A DNA stretch of 64,000 bases. It comes from Eledone cirrhosa. Its lineage: Eukaryota. The notes beneath the pieces are model-generated. The model ran no database searches and was not told the origin of the DNA. It worked only from the letters and a program-made list of their open reading frames with translations. Below, one piece after another: positions 1 through 13,090 of this stretch. The position numbers and the translations under genes were made by a program. How positions within the stretch are numbered: the first letter of the stretch is position 1; every line of letters starts with the position of its first letter. Location of the stretch: assembly GCA_964016885.1 (NCBI GenBank), contig OZ024740.1, forward strand, positions 278,318,001-278,382,000. Direction: 5' to 3'.

Positions 1-1755
1 TTGCGTTAGTTTATTTACTGTAAGGCGGGTGCCGTTGCAGAGTTTTGGTGGGTGTAGATTCCTCAAAAGCATAATTGGGCATCCTTGCTTAAGTTCCAAT
101 CGATGAGATGGCAACCCGGTGGGGTTCAATGAGTTAAGAAACTCAATTGGGTAGTTAATGGGGTCTGGGACTGTATCGATGGACTTGTATGTACACGAAG
201 CTATAGGAAGAGACTTAAGCAGTTGTCCGTTGATTTTGTCGACAGTCTCATTTTTCGGGGCCAGTATTGCCCTTTCGCACAGCCAGTTTGGATTTTGGTA
301 GTTAGTGCTCAACTCAGGGAATACTGTATCTGTCAAGTCGTCAGCACTGTCGACTAAAGTGCAGACCGGTTCGAGGGAGATTTTTTCATCTTCATCAAGT
401 GGCACTTTGGCGTTCCCAAGTGTCAATAGATTGGAAGCAAAATCTGATGACACTTGGTCACCAAGCATCCGAGCTCTCATGTTCGTAGAGAGCGTTAATG
501 TTGTGACATAACGCCAAAGCGGAGATGACTTTAAGCATGCTCGAATAGCATCACCCCTTGTTCCTTTGGGAATAACAGGGAGGGTTTGTCTAAAATCTCC
601 GGATAAAAGGACAGTCAGGCCTCCCATGGAATCCTGGGAGCATCTTATGTCTCTTAAAGTCCAGTCCAGTGCCTCCAAATCTCCTTTATGAGCCATGGTA
701 CATTCGTCCCGAACTATAAGTTCACACCTTTTAAGCAGTTCTTCCTTTTCTGATCCTTTGGTAATATTACAGCAGGGTGTGTCATTTGCTGTCATATTGA
801 GGAGGAGTTTGAAGGCTGAATGTGCTGTCCTGCCCCCAAGGTTGCTGCAATACCGGAAGATGCAACAGCAAGTGCTATGTGTCTGTATTGTCGAACCTTG
901 GCAAGGAGAAGCCGTATGACAAAGGTCTTCCCTGTGCCTCCAGAGACGTCCAACAAAAAGATTTCTCCCGTACGACGATGGACACAGTCAGGAATAGTGT
1001 TATATACTCGTTTCTGTTCCTGCAGCAGCATTGGTTCATGTTCAGTGACATATGTAGCCAAGCTGTCAGTGTCGTAGGATAGTTCCCGAAGTATTTCTGC
1101 GGAAATGACGTCGGAGCCTGTTCTGTTCATTTGGCGTAGGCCATATGTCTGCAGTGCATTCCCACCCATTATATTTTCAATTTCAATAAGTGCTTTGTTG
1201 TAGATTTTATCTGTGAAGCCTACTTCCATGTCAGGAAGTTGTAATTGTGCTTGATGTCTGAAGTCCTCAGAGAGGTCATCTCTGTACTTGAGCCCCAAGA
1301 AGGAAGGATTGCTTCCTAAGGTTGTGTGGCATTTGTGAAACAACTGCTTCTGCCGAAGTGGCATCCCACTGAACACCATCTTCCAGTAGTCCACACCTGA
1401 GGCAGGCCTCTCTGTACGTGTCGCGAATTTGGCCATCAACAGTTCTTAGGTGTTGAAAACTAGTTGGTCCTCTTACGTCATGGAGAAGCATACGCAGGAA
1501 GTCTCATTCTTGGTAGATGGGGGGAGGCACTGTGTAAACTCGCGCCAGCAGTTTGAGTTTCGCGAAGGAAGGCTTTGGGGTATTTTTTGGAGCAAATACC
1601 GTTGTGCAAACACGAGGAGTTAGATTTGAAGCCACGTCCACAAGGACCGTGAACCATGTGCGCCGTAACCCTGTCAAATAGGGTTTTGTCAGTTTTCGGG
1701 TTTTGAAGCTCTGCGGATATAATCTTGTCGATGTCGTCTGCTCTGATTTTTGTCA
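1..1755 (-). mobile_element. Degenerate Helitron RepHel fragment (PIF1-like helicase plus Rep-adjacent region)
   Basis: ORF 792-1439 has GEIFLLDVSGGTGKTF (Walker A) and ALAVASSGIAATL; 1478-1756 has DKIISAEL...HMVHGPCG...CSKKYPK; 1276-1491 has LLHDVRGPTSFQHLRTV; near 20-150 the minus strand reads LNSLNPTGLPSHRLELKQGCPIMLLRNL...LCNGTRL. Frameshifted and runs off the window edge. Confidence 0.9.
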
Positions 1756-2285
1756 ACCTCCTGCATCAAATCCTCTGCCTCCTTCACTGTATTTGTCACC
1801 AAAACTATGTCGTCGGCAAATTCAACATCTGATATCTTTTTCGCCTTAACTCTCCTGCTCTGAGCCAGTGCTACAGTAAAGCCAGAGTCCTGGTGTTTCT
1901 CCAGTGCAAGGCGCATACAATATTCCACTACGATGATAAAAAGGTAGGGAGACAATGTATCTCCCTGGAGCACTCCAGCCAGTATCTCAAAGAACTCTGT
2001 CATCCCAAAAGGTGTAATGACTCGGGCTTTGGTGTTGGTGTAGAGCAGTGATATCAGGTCCACTATCTTCTTGGGGATTCCATAAGCCCTGTAAGATTTT
2101 CATCAGGCAGTGACGATCCACAGAATCAAAACCTTCCTAAAATCAATGAAAACTATGACCGTAGGAAGGCACTTTGCTCTAGCTCCCTCAAATATCCTCC
2201 TCAGCATCAGGATGTGACTGGTGGTTGATCTTCCCTCTCTGAAGCCGTTCTGGTTGTCCCTGAGCTTCTTCTCCATCTCAGGCTG

Positions 2286-2286
<1 letters not shown>
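1756..2286 (-). mobile_element. RTE-like LINE reverse transcriptase fragment
   Basis: ORF 1689-2063: FEILAGVLQGDTLSPYLFIIVV...FADDIVL; upstream degenerate QNGFREGRSTTSHIL. Abuts the Helitron fragment and a (TA)n tract. Confidence 0.85.
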
Positions 2287-2327
<41 letters not shown>

Positions 2328-2329
2328 CC

Positions 2330-2440
2330 AAAATTAAATTAAGGGAGTCATGTCCGAGCCATGCGCCATATCCACCGTAGAATAAGCTCAAAGATTCCAA
2401 TGAATAGATCCGAGCATTTTATATCAACTAGAAATTGATT
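2330..2440 (+). repeat. Dispersed ~110-bp repeat starting after (TA)n; second copy at ~20445-20552
   Basis: Shared TTAAGGG.GTCATGTC...CCAATGAATAGATCCGAGCATTTTATATCAACTAGAAATTGATTG in both places. Confidence 0.75.
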
Positions 2441-2486
2441 GGCAGATTTGCATTTGATGTGTAAACGCAGATAGTTAAATAATCTC

Positions 2487-2550
2487 CCTTGCCGAAGATC
2501 CGAGATTTGACTACTGTGAGTTTACGGATTATGGTGAAATATATACAAGG
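2487..2550 (+). ncRNA. Candidate degenerate type-I hammerhead ribozyme (U4C core)
   Basis: CCTTG-CCGAAGA-TCCG...CGGA-ttatggt-GAAA-TATA-TA-CAAGG; stem I CCTTG/CAAGG; stem II is offset from GAAA by 7 nt. Confidence 0.45.
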
Positions 2551-2665
2551 AAACACTTCCGTTTTTTATTAAGGAGGTTATGGTTTGAGAAGATTATATT
2601 ATGGGTCTCTAGTAGACATAATATTCTCAACCCATAACCTCCTTAATAAAAAATCGGAAGTGTTT
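2551..2665. repeat. Fold-back inverted repeat with ~50-bp arms
   Basis: AAACACTTCCG.TTTTTATTAAGGAGGTTATGG... / ...CCATAACCTCCTTAATAAAAAATCGGAAGTGTTT. Confidence 0.9.
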
Positions 2666-2799
2666 GCGTCGTGCCAGCACCGCTTCCGGCACTCCTTCCA
2701 AAACTTTAAACCCAATATATAACAATGTCAGACTTGAACCCATCACCACTTCTAACACCACACCTCAAGGGCACACCTTACACCACAACTCCACACTCT

Positions 2800-4400
2800 C
2801 TGATCCACTCTATCTCGACACAAATCATTCCATCTATCTATAACTTTATACCCTAGAAATATCCCCATAAACACCTACTTTTAGTATAATTGCTTTCAAT
2901 TACTTATAATTATATAGTGATACAATACAGTCTATATAAGCTTTAAATACCAGATTCGACAATGAATTATATATGCAATTGTATTTATATGTATGGAGTG
3001 ATAACATTGGATATATAAGATTAATTTATTAACATAAGAGATCTATCTAACTTATATGTTGAGTGCAATGAATTTTGTATGAATAGTATGTGAGTTATAT
3101 ATGCAAGTATAACTTGATGGATAGATTAAATGAGCGATGTATTTGTCTGCCCTAGAGATGTATTTGGCTTTGCCATGCAAACAGCCATACGCTCCTCCAG
3201 AACTTACCAGGGGTTATGTAGACATAATTCTAATAGGTCCCTTGACATGTTCTGAGAGTAGACTACATTTGCAGTGAACTTTGATATAAAGATATGGCTC
3301 TTTATATGGAGTATTCAGTTGTAACACTGTATGATAGGGAGTAATCATCCTAATATAGATACCTTTAGTACATCATGATAGAGTAGACTGTATTTAAAAT
3401 TGGAAACTGGATATAAATATATAAACGTCTATATAAGGGACTCAATTGAGACGCCTTATAATGTATGTTAGAACAATGAATTTAGTTATGGAAATCAGCT
3501 AGTTACCTCTCCTTGCGCATTAACTCCCCTTAATTACACACATACTTCCGGATAATAAACCGCTGTAAATTCTCGCAGCAGAATCAACCTATTCTATAAA
3601 TTTGGATAAATAACACTGAGCTGCAATAAGCTAAAATAATTTAATTTAATGCATCAAACATCCAATACGGAATCATCGTTACTTATGTGATGGATGTAAA
3701 AAATATGCATTACTTTTCCTGAATGTGAAAATGGTGGTGGATACGAAAACCATAACTTTCTTTTGCTTCTCCTTTTTATTTTTATTTTTCTGCACACATA
3801 CTTTTTTATTATATACAAAAAATACCTTACCACTACAACCACCATAATACACTTACTTACCCGCTTAAAGTGCTTGTATTACATGTAACTCCCTAACACA
3901 CAATAATCATATATAAATGAGACACACTTGCATGCCCCACGTGTAACTAACGCATACACTAACTACTACATCTGACTAACAAACTATCCTCTTGCATTAT
4001 CTGTGTTAACTACCGAATGTATTTTAATTTTGTTTTAATTTTGTTTTAATTTTAATTTTGATTTTGATTTTGAATTTGAATTGCTATACAGAAATAATAT
4101 AGTATAATATATGTCACTCCACTGTACATCAATATATATATATGTATCTGTATGTCTCTTGCGATGGAAAGGAGGTCAAATATGTGCACAAACATTGAAA
4201 AATGCTCCGAAGACTCCAAGCCTAGGTTTGGATGAAACAATTGTAAGTGAATAAATGCTTTGAACATAGCTTTGATTCTTGTGAATTCTATATAACTGCT
4301 CTGTAGAATAACTGATGTTATTACATTGAGCTATTTATCTTACTGGTAATAACGTAGTATTAAATTACTGACCTTCACTGTTTAGGGTTTAAAATATACA
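2800..4400 (+). mobile_element. Possible highly decayed Penelope-like element body
   Basis: Lies between two HHR-like motifs on the same strand. Only faint RT-like remnants (GFAM.. near 3166) and no ORF. Confidence 0.3.
4203..4249 (+). ncRNA. Minimal type-I hammerhead ribozyme, U4C variant
   Basis: TGCT-CCGAAGA-c-TCCAAGC-CTAG-GTTTGGA-t-GAA-ACAATTGT-A-AGTG; stem II with 2 G.U pairs, palindromic stem III ACAATTGT, GUA triplet. Confidence 0.65.
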
Positions 4401-5537
4401 TAACTATAAAAAATGTTTAGTATATACATAACCATAAATAGTATCCTTAATATTATATATATATATATTGTATACATATATATTGTATATATATATGTAT
4501 ACATATATATATATATACATAAGTAAATATATATGTGTGTGTGTACTTCTAGAGAGAGAGAAAAGTGTGTGGGAGAGAGAAAGGGAGCAGTACATAGATG
4601 AGAAGAAAACTTCAATCAACTAAGAATATCCTCATAGACGGAACCTCCGTTTAGAGTTGGTGAATCGGGGAAAGGAAGCAAGGAAGATAGCTCGTATAGC
4701 CTTGGTTGATCTAAGCTTTTTGAAAACTGTTCGTTGGTCCACTGGGAGTGAAGCTTATCCATAAGTAACTGATATGTTTCGATCTTTCGATTTCCTCAGC
4801 GAAGCATAATAACTAAGCAAGTTAGCATGGCTGAGATATATATACAGGAAAGCGAAAAATAATAATGCATTAATTATATATGTCAATATAGTGTTAAGCG
4901 AAAAGATATAAGGATAGCACTCTGCATGAGAGAGAAAGAACGTGAGTTAGAAAAACTTTCAATCAACCGTGTCTTTCCTTAGATTTCTTGCTTGGATGGC
5001 TAATGATCCAAGATTCCTACTGAGAATTGACGTAAACCGATCAGCTTAACAAAGAACTCTCAATAAAAAAAGAGGGAGTGTGTCTAACCGTTGCATATAC
5101 TGTAAGGAAGAAATATTGTTAATTTTGATAAGTTTCTACCTTTAGGGTAAATATCTAGGTATCACTTGAATCGGAAGTATGCATATAGTGAGAAAGTTTG
5201 CTTTCGGGTAACTGTTATAAAACTGACAGAAAGTGTATAATTTATTGTGAAAAGAAGGACTGCTGTCAGATTTTACATAAGGGAAATTAAGAATGACTGG
5301 TTATTGTTAATGATGCCTTGATTCTCCCAGCGAGACTCTTCTTCGTTATTTTATTATATTTCTTTAAATAAATGTACATACAGAATATTTTATTATAGAG
5401 ATTGTATATATGTGTTCATTCGAAGACCGATCCTTGAGACTTCTTGACAAATTGTTTTGAGCATTTTATCATTATATAATTTACTCATATATCAACAAAT
5501 GATTATTATATTTAATAATGTCGGATTACTAAATAAT

Positions 5538-5636
5538 TGTTTCTACTTTTTTGGCACAAAGCCAGAAATTACCCAGTGCATTATTGGTACTTTATTTTAT
5601 CGACCCCGTAAGGATGAAAGGCAAAATTAACCTCGA
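5538..5636 (-). mobile_element. 5'-truncated Nin-like SINE with 17-bp TSD
   Basis: Reverse complement of the SINE core (TTTGCCTTTCATCCTTACGGGGTCGATAAAATAAAGTACC); TCGGATTACTAAATAAT at 5521-5537 and 5637-5653. Confidence 0.9.
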
Positions 5637-6010
5637 TCGGATTACTAAATAATGAAAATATGTATTTGCCTGTATCATATTCTAAAAATATCAACCATTT
5701 ATTATATTTCATACAGTGACAACATCATTTCTTCACGAAATAGAAGACGGCAATAGAATTGAAACGTGTTAACCCTTTTAACCAAACAATCGTGAAACAT
5801 AAAAATAAATGGATCTAAATGATGGAAATTAGCGTATTTTAATAGTTGATTTTTCAATAGAAGGATCTAAATCTTTCATATAAATTATGTAAACCACTGT
5901 TAGAGCCGATAGCGTGCTGGATTCTCAGACAAAATTTTAGCATTGGATATTCCGTCACTTAATATATATCAGGACAGATAAATGTCGACAGTGCGTGCAA
6001 ATGCGGGCCC

Positions 6011-6662
<652 letters not shown>

Positions 6663-7296
6663 CTTGTACAGTATGTGTTGGACAACAATACTACTGCTGG
6701 AATTCATCTCATTATTTTGTTTTAATTCGCCACTTATACATTGCCTAATTAGGAGAATTAGACAAGCAAGTATTAAGAGTCATCTTTTCCAGGTATCAAA
6801 ATGTTTATGTGATTAGTAGATATATAATATGCAAATGTCGGATCAATGTTCGTTCAAGATATGATGTTTAATGCATGTAGTATTATGATGTTTAAGTGAT
6901 TAAATGATATGTCCCTGCCTAAAATCATGTAAATTGGAGTATTATCATGTAACTGTGTCCAGGTTTCATTGTTGTGAATCGATAAGTAACTATTCAATAA
7001 TGGACTATTGATGTGATTGATAGAGAAATTGTTGATGGTTCCTAAAGGATTTGCTATAGTGTGGATGTTTATGATAGATCACCAAATAAACCTTACTTTA
7101 TAAATCTTTGCTTACAAACCATGTTACCGTCTTGAAAACAAGCAGTACTCAAGTATCGGTGGTGATTCACCTAAACTAGAAATATTTATTGTCTTCCCTA
7201 ATGTTAATTTTTGCTGTTAAGCAGTATTTTTCATATAATACTAGATTAAAAAGTATTGCGCTATTTATACATGTTCCTTATCATGTATTTTCAAAT

Positions 7297-7402
7297 TCCT
7301 TCTTCTTCTTCTTCGCCTTCTTCTTCTTCTTCTTCTTCTTCTTCTTCTTCTTCTCCGTCGTCTTCTTCTTCTTCTTCTTCTTCTTCTTCTTCTTCTTCTT
7401 CT
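7297..7402. repeat. (TTC)n microsatellite
   Basis: Direct inspection; a similar (GTT)n(CTT)n tract lies at 19697-19874. Confidence 0.95.
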
Positions 7403-7833
7403 GCTTTTTCCTGAGATGGTCGTGGGGGCAGAGCCCTCAAACAATCCTTCCTGCGGGTCCTGTCAGAAGCAGCCGTCTCTGGATCCCCAAGCTTGACAAG
7501 CCATGCTTGTGGGTGTTATCCTACCTCAAATGCATTTTCCATCTTTCTTGGGAACGATAAAATGATCACTCGTCAAATATTTGGATACTAATATAGTGTG
7601 GCTTTAAGCCTTTATTGCAAACCATTAATGTTGTAGTGATTTCAGTAGTCTCGTTTTTATTGCGTGTTCTATATAGAATTTGTTTGGTTTCTGTCATTTT
7701 CTATCTTTAGAGTGCCCAACGCTTAGTAAATGCTGGTTTCCATATGTTGTATATCTATGTAAATCATGCTATTTTGTGTGTATCTGCGTACATCTACTCT
7801 TTTCATTTCCAAGTTACGTATTATTATAGAAGT

Positions 7834-8163
7834 TAGAAATTAGAAATTATAAGCTTTCACCGTATTTTAGACTAAAGAAATTTCTAGCCTGATAGTGGGG
7901 TTTATAACCCTCGGAGAAATGGAAAAAGATGAGTGTCGCCGTACATGGGAGTCGAACCCACATCTTTGGTTGTGGGTTCGACTCCCATGTACGGCAACAC
8001 TCATCTTTTTTCATTTCTCCGAGGGTTATAAACCCCACTATCAGGCTAGAAATTTCTTTAGTCTAAAATACGGTGAAAGCTTATAATTTCTAATTTCTAA
8101 TTTTCAAACTCGCGCACCGTTTCAAAAACATACTTACATGTTTACATTTATAATTTGCTTGTG
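7834..8163. mobile_element. Fold-back copy of a tRNA-derived repeat (130-bp arms, 8-nt loop) with 13-bp TSD
   Basis: Arms 7833-7962 and 7971-8100 nearly perfectly inverted; B-box GGTTCGACTCC next to the apex; TTATTATAGAAGT at 7821-7833 and 8164-8176; homologous to 36316-36693. Confidence 0.85.
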
Positions 8164-8384
8164 TTATTATAGAAGTGTTTTTGTCAACCACTATGATGTA
8201 ACATTTTATTGGATTATAATAGCACTGTTTAAATCATTATTGTAATTGTATGATTTTTTTGTAATTGTATGATTTTGTAATTGTATGATTTTATGCGTTC
8301 AAGTTGCAAAATCTTGCAAAACGAACACATCTTTGTCCTTATTATTTTTGTTATTACTATCATTAATATTATTATTATTATACG

Positions 8385-8416
8385 TTATGTCAACCCTTGT
8401 GGTTAATAAAGAAAGC
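8385..8416 (+). mobile_element. Extreme 3' tip of the Tx1/L1-like LINE within (ATT)n
   Basis: TTATGTCAACCCTTGTGGTTAATAAAGAAA matches the ends at ~14716-14745 and ~24223-24252. Confidence 0.75.
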
Positions 8417-8542
8417 ATTATTATTATTATTATTATTGTTGTCATTGTTCTTATTTTCCTTCATTATTGTTTCTGAGATTTATGCCGAGTGTCGTCCCGA
8501 CACCTAGGGCAAATAAATTCAGTGTGCATTGGTAAGCCAGTA

Positions 8543-8573
<31 letters not shown>

Positions 8574-8574
8574 C

Positions 8575-8762
8575 GGTGGATTGGTAGTATCGGTAGAGGG
8601 TCGGACGTCATGTTTTGACGCATAGAGTTACGGCCCTTTCCATTCTGAGTTCAAATCCCGCCGAGGTCAACTTTGCCTTTCATCCTTACGGGGTCGATAA
8701 AATAAAGTACCAGTAATGCACTGGGTAATTGCTGGCCTTGTGCCAAAAGTAGAAACAATTAT
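8575..8762 (+). mobile_element. tRNA-derived SINE with Nin/Deu-like core
   Basis: A-box-like TGGTAGTATCGG, B-box GAGTTCAAATCC, core AACTTTGCCTTTCATCCTTACGGGGTCGATAAAATAAAGTACCAG, (ATT)n tail. Confidence 0.9.
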
Positions 8763-9341
8763 TATTATTATTATTATTAAATGTCTCTGCGCCATTTATT
8801 TATACCCCTAGATATTTCAATTCAATTCTACAACCTATCGTAAAAGCTGCACATTTTTATGCATTACTTCTTCCAATTATTGTCTTTTTTGTTTTACAGG
8901 AACAGTCATTCAATTCTGTCGCTAATGATAGTTTTATTCATATATTCACTTTAAATTCCAACATCTATTCGTTATCACACTATTCCTGTCAAAATTGCTC
9001 CCATAATTACTACAGGAGTATTAATCATTGAATGGATTTTATTCATTCATTTTTGTTTCATAGTTATAAATCATTTGTATATTTTTCTTGTCCTTCGTTT
9101 CATATTTTTGATATGACCATACTGAAAACATTTTTTATTATTATTACTAGCAGAAAACCCACCCTTCTTTGAATAAATAATGAATGAATATTACATAATT
9201 TATCTACTAAATTTCGTGGCTGTTGATTAAATATATTTCGTTTATTCACTTCTTTAAAATTTCTGAAATGTCAATACTTCCATTTGGGCATCGCTTAAAT
9301 AAACATACTAATTTTCTGTCACTAATTTTCTCCTAATGCAT

Positions 9342-9630
9342 TTTATACATAATATTGTCTTTTTTTAATGTATCATGGATTACGTTACTGATTACATAAG
9401 AGAGTGTAACACAGTCTTCGTTCAATTTCTGTGTATATTGTCAATTACGATTTTATTTGATGTATCATATCTACATGTATATATACGCAGGTATATATAC
9501 ATGTAGATATGATCAAATAAAATCGTAATTGACAATATCCACAGAAATTGAACGAAGACTGTGTTACACTGTGTTATTTAATCAGTATTGTAATCCATGA
9601 TACATTTAAAAAGACGATATTATATATAAA
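9342..9630. repeat. Fold-back inverted repeat with diverged ~140-bp arms
   Basis: GTAACACAGTCTTCGTTCAATTTCTGTG...TCTACATGTATATATAC / GTATATATACATGTAGA...CACAGAAATTGAACGAAGACTGTGTTAC; centre ~9489. Confidence 0.9.
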
Positions 9631-11666
9631 CTGCAGTGGAATCAAAGAAAATAAAACAACTGTAAATATCATGATAAATATGCGCTGTCTTAAATGGCTA
9701 TCAATGACCCTACACCTATGCAATATATTGTCTTAAACGTCTATCTCAAACAATGCCACTTACCAAACGAACTTCAAAATATAGGGTGTCAGCATGTTCC
9801 AGAGTATGGTCACGTTCTTATTTTTTGGCCTATTTTCCAATGTATGTGAGTATATATTTATTTTGTTTTGCCAAACACCAAGTAGCCAGAAACATCTTTG
9901 TAATGTCAATTCAGTTTGTTTTTTTTTTGGGGGGGGGGGTCTAAAAAACTCTATTTGTTCAGCCTCTAATATATTTATTGACTTCTCTGGAGATGATAAA
10001 TAGTTTGTTTTCCATGCTCGATAAATTTGCAATAACAGCACTAACACCACATCTGAGAATTACCTATAAGCCTCTGTTATGTAATTATGTTTATTTGTCA
10101 AGTGTAATATGTTATTATAATATTGTTGTAAAGACTTTGTATATTGTAAACAAAGCAGACTACAGGTTTCTAGTATATAGAGATTTTCGATTTTATTAAG
10201 CGTGAATTTCCGTCCGAGAAACATTCCATAGATTAATGAATATTTTTGAATGCCCTTTGTGTGTATCTGTTAAAATTTCAATCCCATGTTTGGAATAGAG
10301 CTTTATCATTTCCAGATAACTTGTTATTGTATTATAGTATCTGGACGAATATTTCAACTGTTATTTATTTGTATGATTGAGTCGCTGATGTGCTTGTTGA
10401 TTTGAACGTTCTTGCCAATGGCAACCAATCCATAGTAAATACACCTCCAAACAAAGCTACTCTTGTTGCCACTGCATTGATTTCTGCTTTGTTGTTATCT
10501 AGTTGTTTGGAAAATCGTTTGCGGCTGGAGATAAAGTATTTGTTTTGTTCAAAGAAGTGTTATCCCTATTATAACGACGGAATTCTTGCAATTTAGCAAT
10601 GAACTCTTAGAGAGAATACAGCACGGTTTTTCTCATTATATTTTTATTTAGTTACTTATGAGATTTTCTATATCTGCGTTACTCATCTTCTTGTTTTCCT
10701 TTTTCTCTTTGTTCATTTTCGTTTTAATTTTACTTTAGGATTATGGTAGGGGGTTCCGTTTATTTTAGATTTCTTTGTATATTTGTTTTTGTATTTTGCT
10801 TTTTTTTTTTTTTTTTTTTTTAATGATTTAGATATTTCTGCATGAAGAGTTTTTTAAGAAGTACCATCTTTCATTTGTTACTACTGTGGTTGTTGCAAAG
10901 ATTATTTGTTTCATCCTGGTGATATGTTTCTATGACGGCCAGATTTTGTCATTAGATGTTATCTTTGGAATAGACTTAGAAAGATTTTCCAATTTAATTC
11001 TTTAATTATTTCCAGTTTTCGATTATTATTATTTTGCTTGGATATCTGTATATTCACATTCATCCTACAAGGCTAGGGACTTGGAGTGGGTGATGGTTTA
11101 TTATGACATACTTTCCCACCTCCATAGATAACTGATTGTTACAAAATATATAATAGATAAATTACACCCTTTTGTCCATGGGTACAACGTGGTTTGCCCT
11201 CCTAACGTTACATTGACAATGCTCTTCGCAAAATGTACGATTTATTTAGTTTCTTTTATACAAGATTTACCTGGCATGTGGTCCAAGAGTTTGTCAGTTC
11301 CCTTGTTTAATATTACTATTATATTTGACATTTCCTGTTTTGGAATATTCTATTTAATTTTTTTTTTTTTTTGTCTGTATTTTGGAGATGAGAAATTTTC
11401 AAAATTACATAAATTTATTTGGGTAATAAAATGCAACAAACCCCTGGTGGAGGATACAGCGACGGAATGGTTGTGAATTTAACAACCTTAATGATAACAG
11501 TAGGTCATTGTATAATTTATACATAATTCTCGTATACAATAAGGTTCATATTTTCTTTGGTGTGGATTTGGTTCGGATTTTATCTATCAAAATTCAGTTG
11601 ATATGCCAGGGTTTGATTTTGTTTGTTGCTGTTGTTTTTATATTTTAATTTTATGATCATTATTAG

Positions 11667-12100
11667 TTGGATTGGCAGTATCGGTAGAGGGTCGGACGCC
11701 ATGCTTTCCAGCATAGTTACGTCCCTTTACGATCTGAGTTCAAATCCCGCCGAGGTTGACTTTGCTTTTCATCCTTACGAGGTCGATAAAATAAAGTACC
11801 AGTAATGCACTGGTTATTTGCTGGCCTTGTGCCTAACGTAGAAACAATTATTATTTGTATTATTAGTATTATGTTATTAAGGGCGGTGGATTGGCAGTAT
11901 CGGTAGAGGGTCGGACGCCATGCTTTGCAGTTAGAGTTACGGCCCTTTATGATCTGAATTCAAATCCCGCGAGGTTAACTTTACCTTTCATCTTTACGGG
12001 GTCGATAAAATAAAGTACCAGTCACGCACTGGGGTCGATTTAATCGACTTTACCCTCCCCAACAACTTGCTGGCATTTTGCCTATATAAGAACCCATTAT
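11667..12100 (+). mobile_element. Two adjacent Nin-like SINE copies; the second has a longer alternative tail
   Basis: Heads at ~11667 and ~11880; the second continues GCACTGGGGTCGATTTAATCGACT. Confidence 0.9.
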
Positions 12101-12479
12101 TAGTATTATATTATTCGTATTTTGTGTAATAAATATAATTACTGGATTTTCTACAGACTGTTGAGGTGCACCATGGGCCTTAAATAAACAGTACTTTCAA
12201 GAGTATATGTGCAGTGTCAAAGAAGACAAGCTTACGAGGAGGACAATTTATGATACGATAGTAATTTGCATACGACACTCTCTCAATTTTAGTAGTATCA
12301 AACCCAAAGACCCGATAACAACTGGAATATCTTCTATGTTGTGACGTAATTTTGACTACATTCGTGCAATTTCGATCTTTAAATCAATATATTTTACTAT
12401 TTTTCAATTTCTTCCAAGACGATGTTGTGTTCGTCTGGCATTCACGCTTATTTCTGAACGGTTAGTACAGTCTTAACAC

Positions 12480-13090
12480 TTTTACTAGTTCAGTAATGTT
12501 ATCTTAAATTTTGTATGTCTTCAAAATCCAAGAGCATGGGCGCATATAATAATTACTTGTAATCGATTCACTGTTAATCCACTTCTCTTGCAGTTTCTTA
12601 TAATCTTGTCAATAAAAGCTCGCTTTTTACTACACTTCAACTTCTCTCACACTCTTTCTGTTCATTAGGGGGTATGTATTTCCCCTATTTTCTGGAAGCA
12701 TATTTGTTTAAAGTTTCCATAGTAGAGGGAGACAAGCTATTTGTCTGTAGTTTGTGACTTTAGTCTCTTTCTGATTGTCCTTCATTATCAGAGTTGTTTT
12801 AACTTTAGTCCGAGGCGAGTGCTGACAAATAGATTTGTTAGCACTCGCCTCGCTGTTTTAACGTTCTCCAGCCAAAACTCCTTACAGGCTTTCTAGTTCG
12901 GATACCTCCCAAAAAAGTAGTTTTGCAGCTTGTCTTGCAATGAGCTTCGTAGTGCGTATTATATCAGCCTGCTGTCTCCTGTCCACTTCAACTCCTCATT
13001 GCGTCTAACTTTGTTGCTCTCTATATCACTCCAAAACTCTTAGCTTTTCTCTGCGTCTAGTACTTCATTTTTGTGTCTCATACGTCTCAG
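12480..13090 (-). mobile_element. Highly degenerate R4/Dong-like RT fragment
   Basis: Minus-strand remnants NYRQIACLPLLWKL, PNEQK, EFWSDI across frameshifts. Confidence 0.55.
12811..12852. repeat. Near-perfect 20-bp hairpin
   Basis: CGAGGCGAGTGCTGACAAAT-AG-ATTTGTTAGCACTCGCCTCG with one G.T pair. Confidence 0.9.

Noticed and set aside
6670-7100. Decayed GIY-YIG tail and HHR on the minus strand
   Set aside because: Only vague similarity; the core nucleotides do not match.
9650-11200. Ancient LINE remnant
   Set aside because: Strand-biased composition is suggestive, but no motif could be read with confidence.
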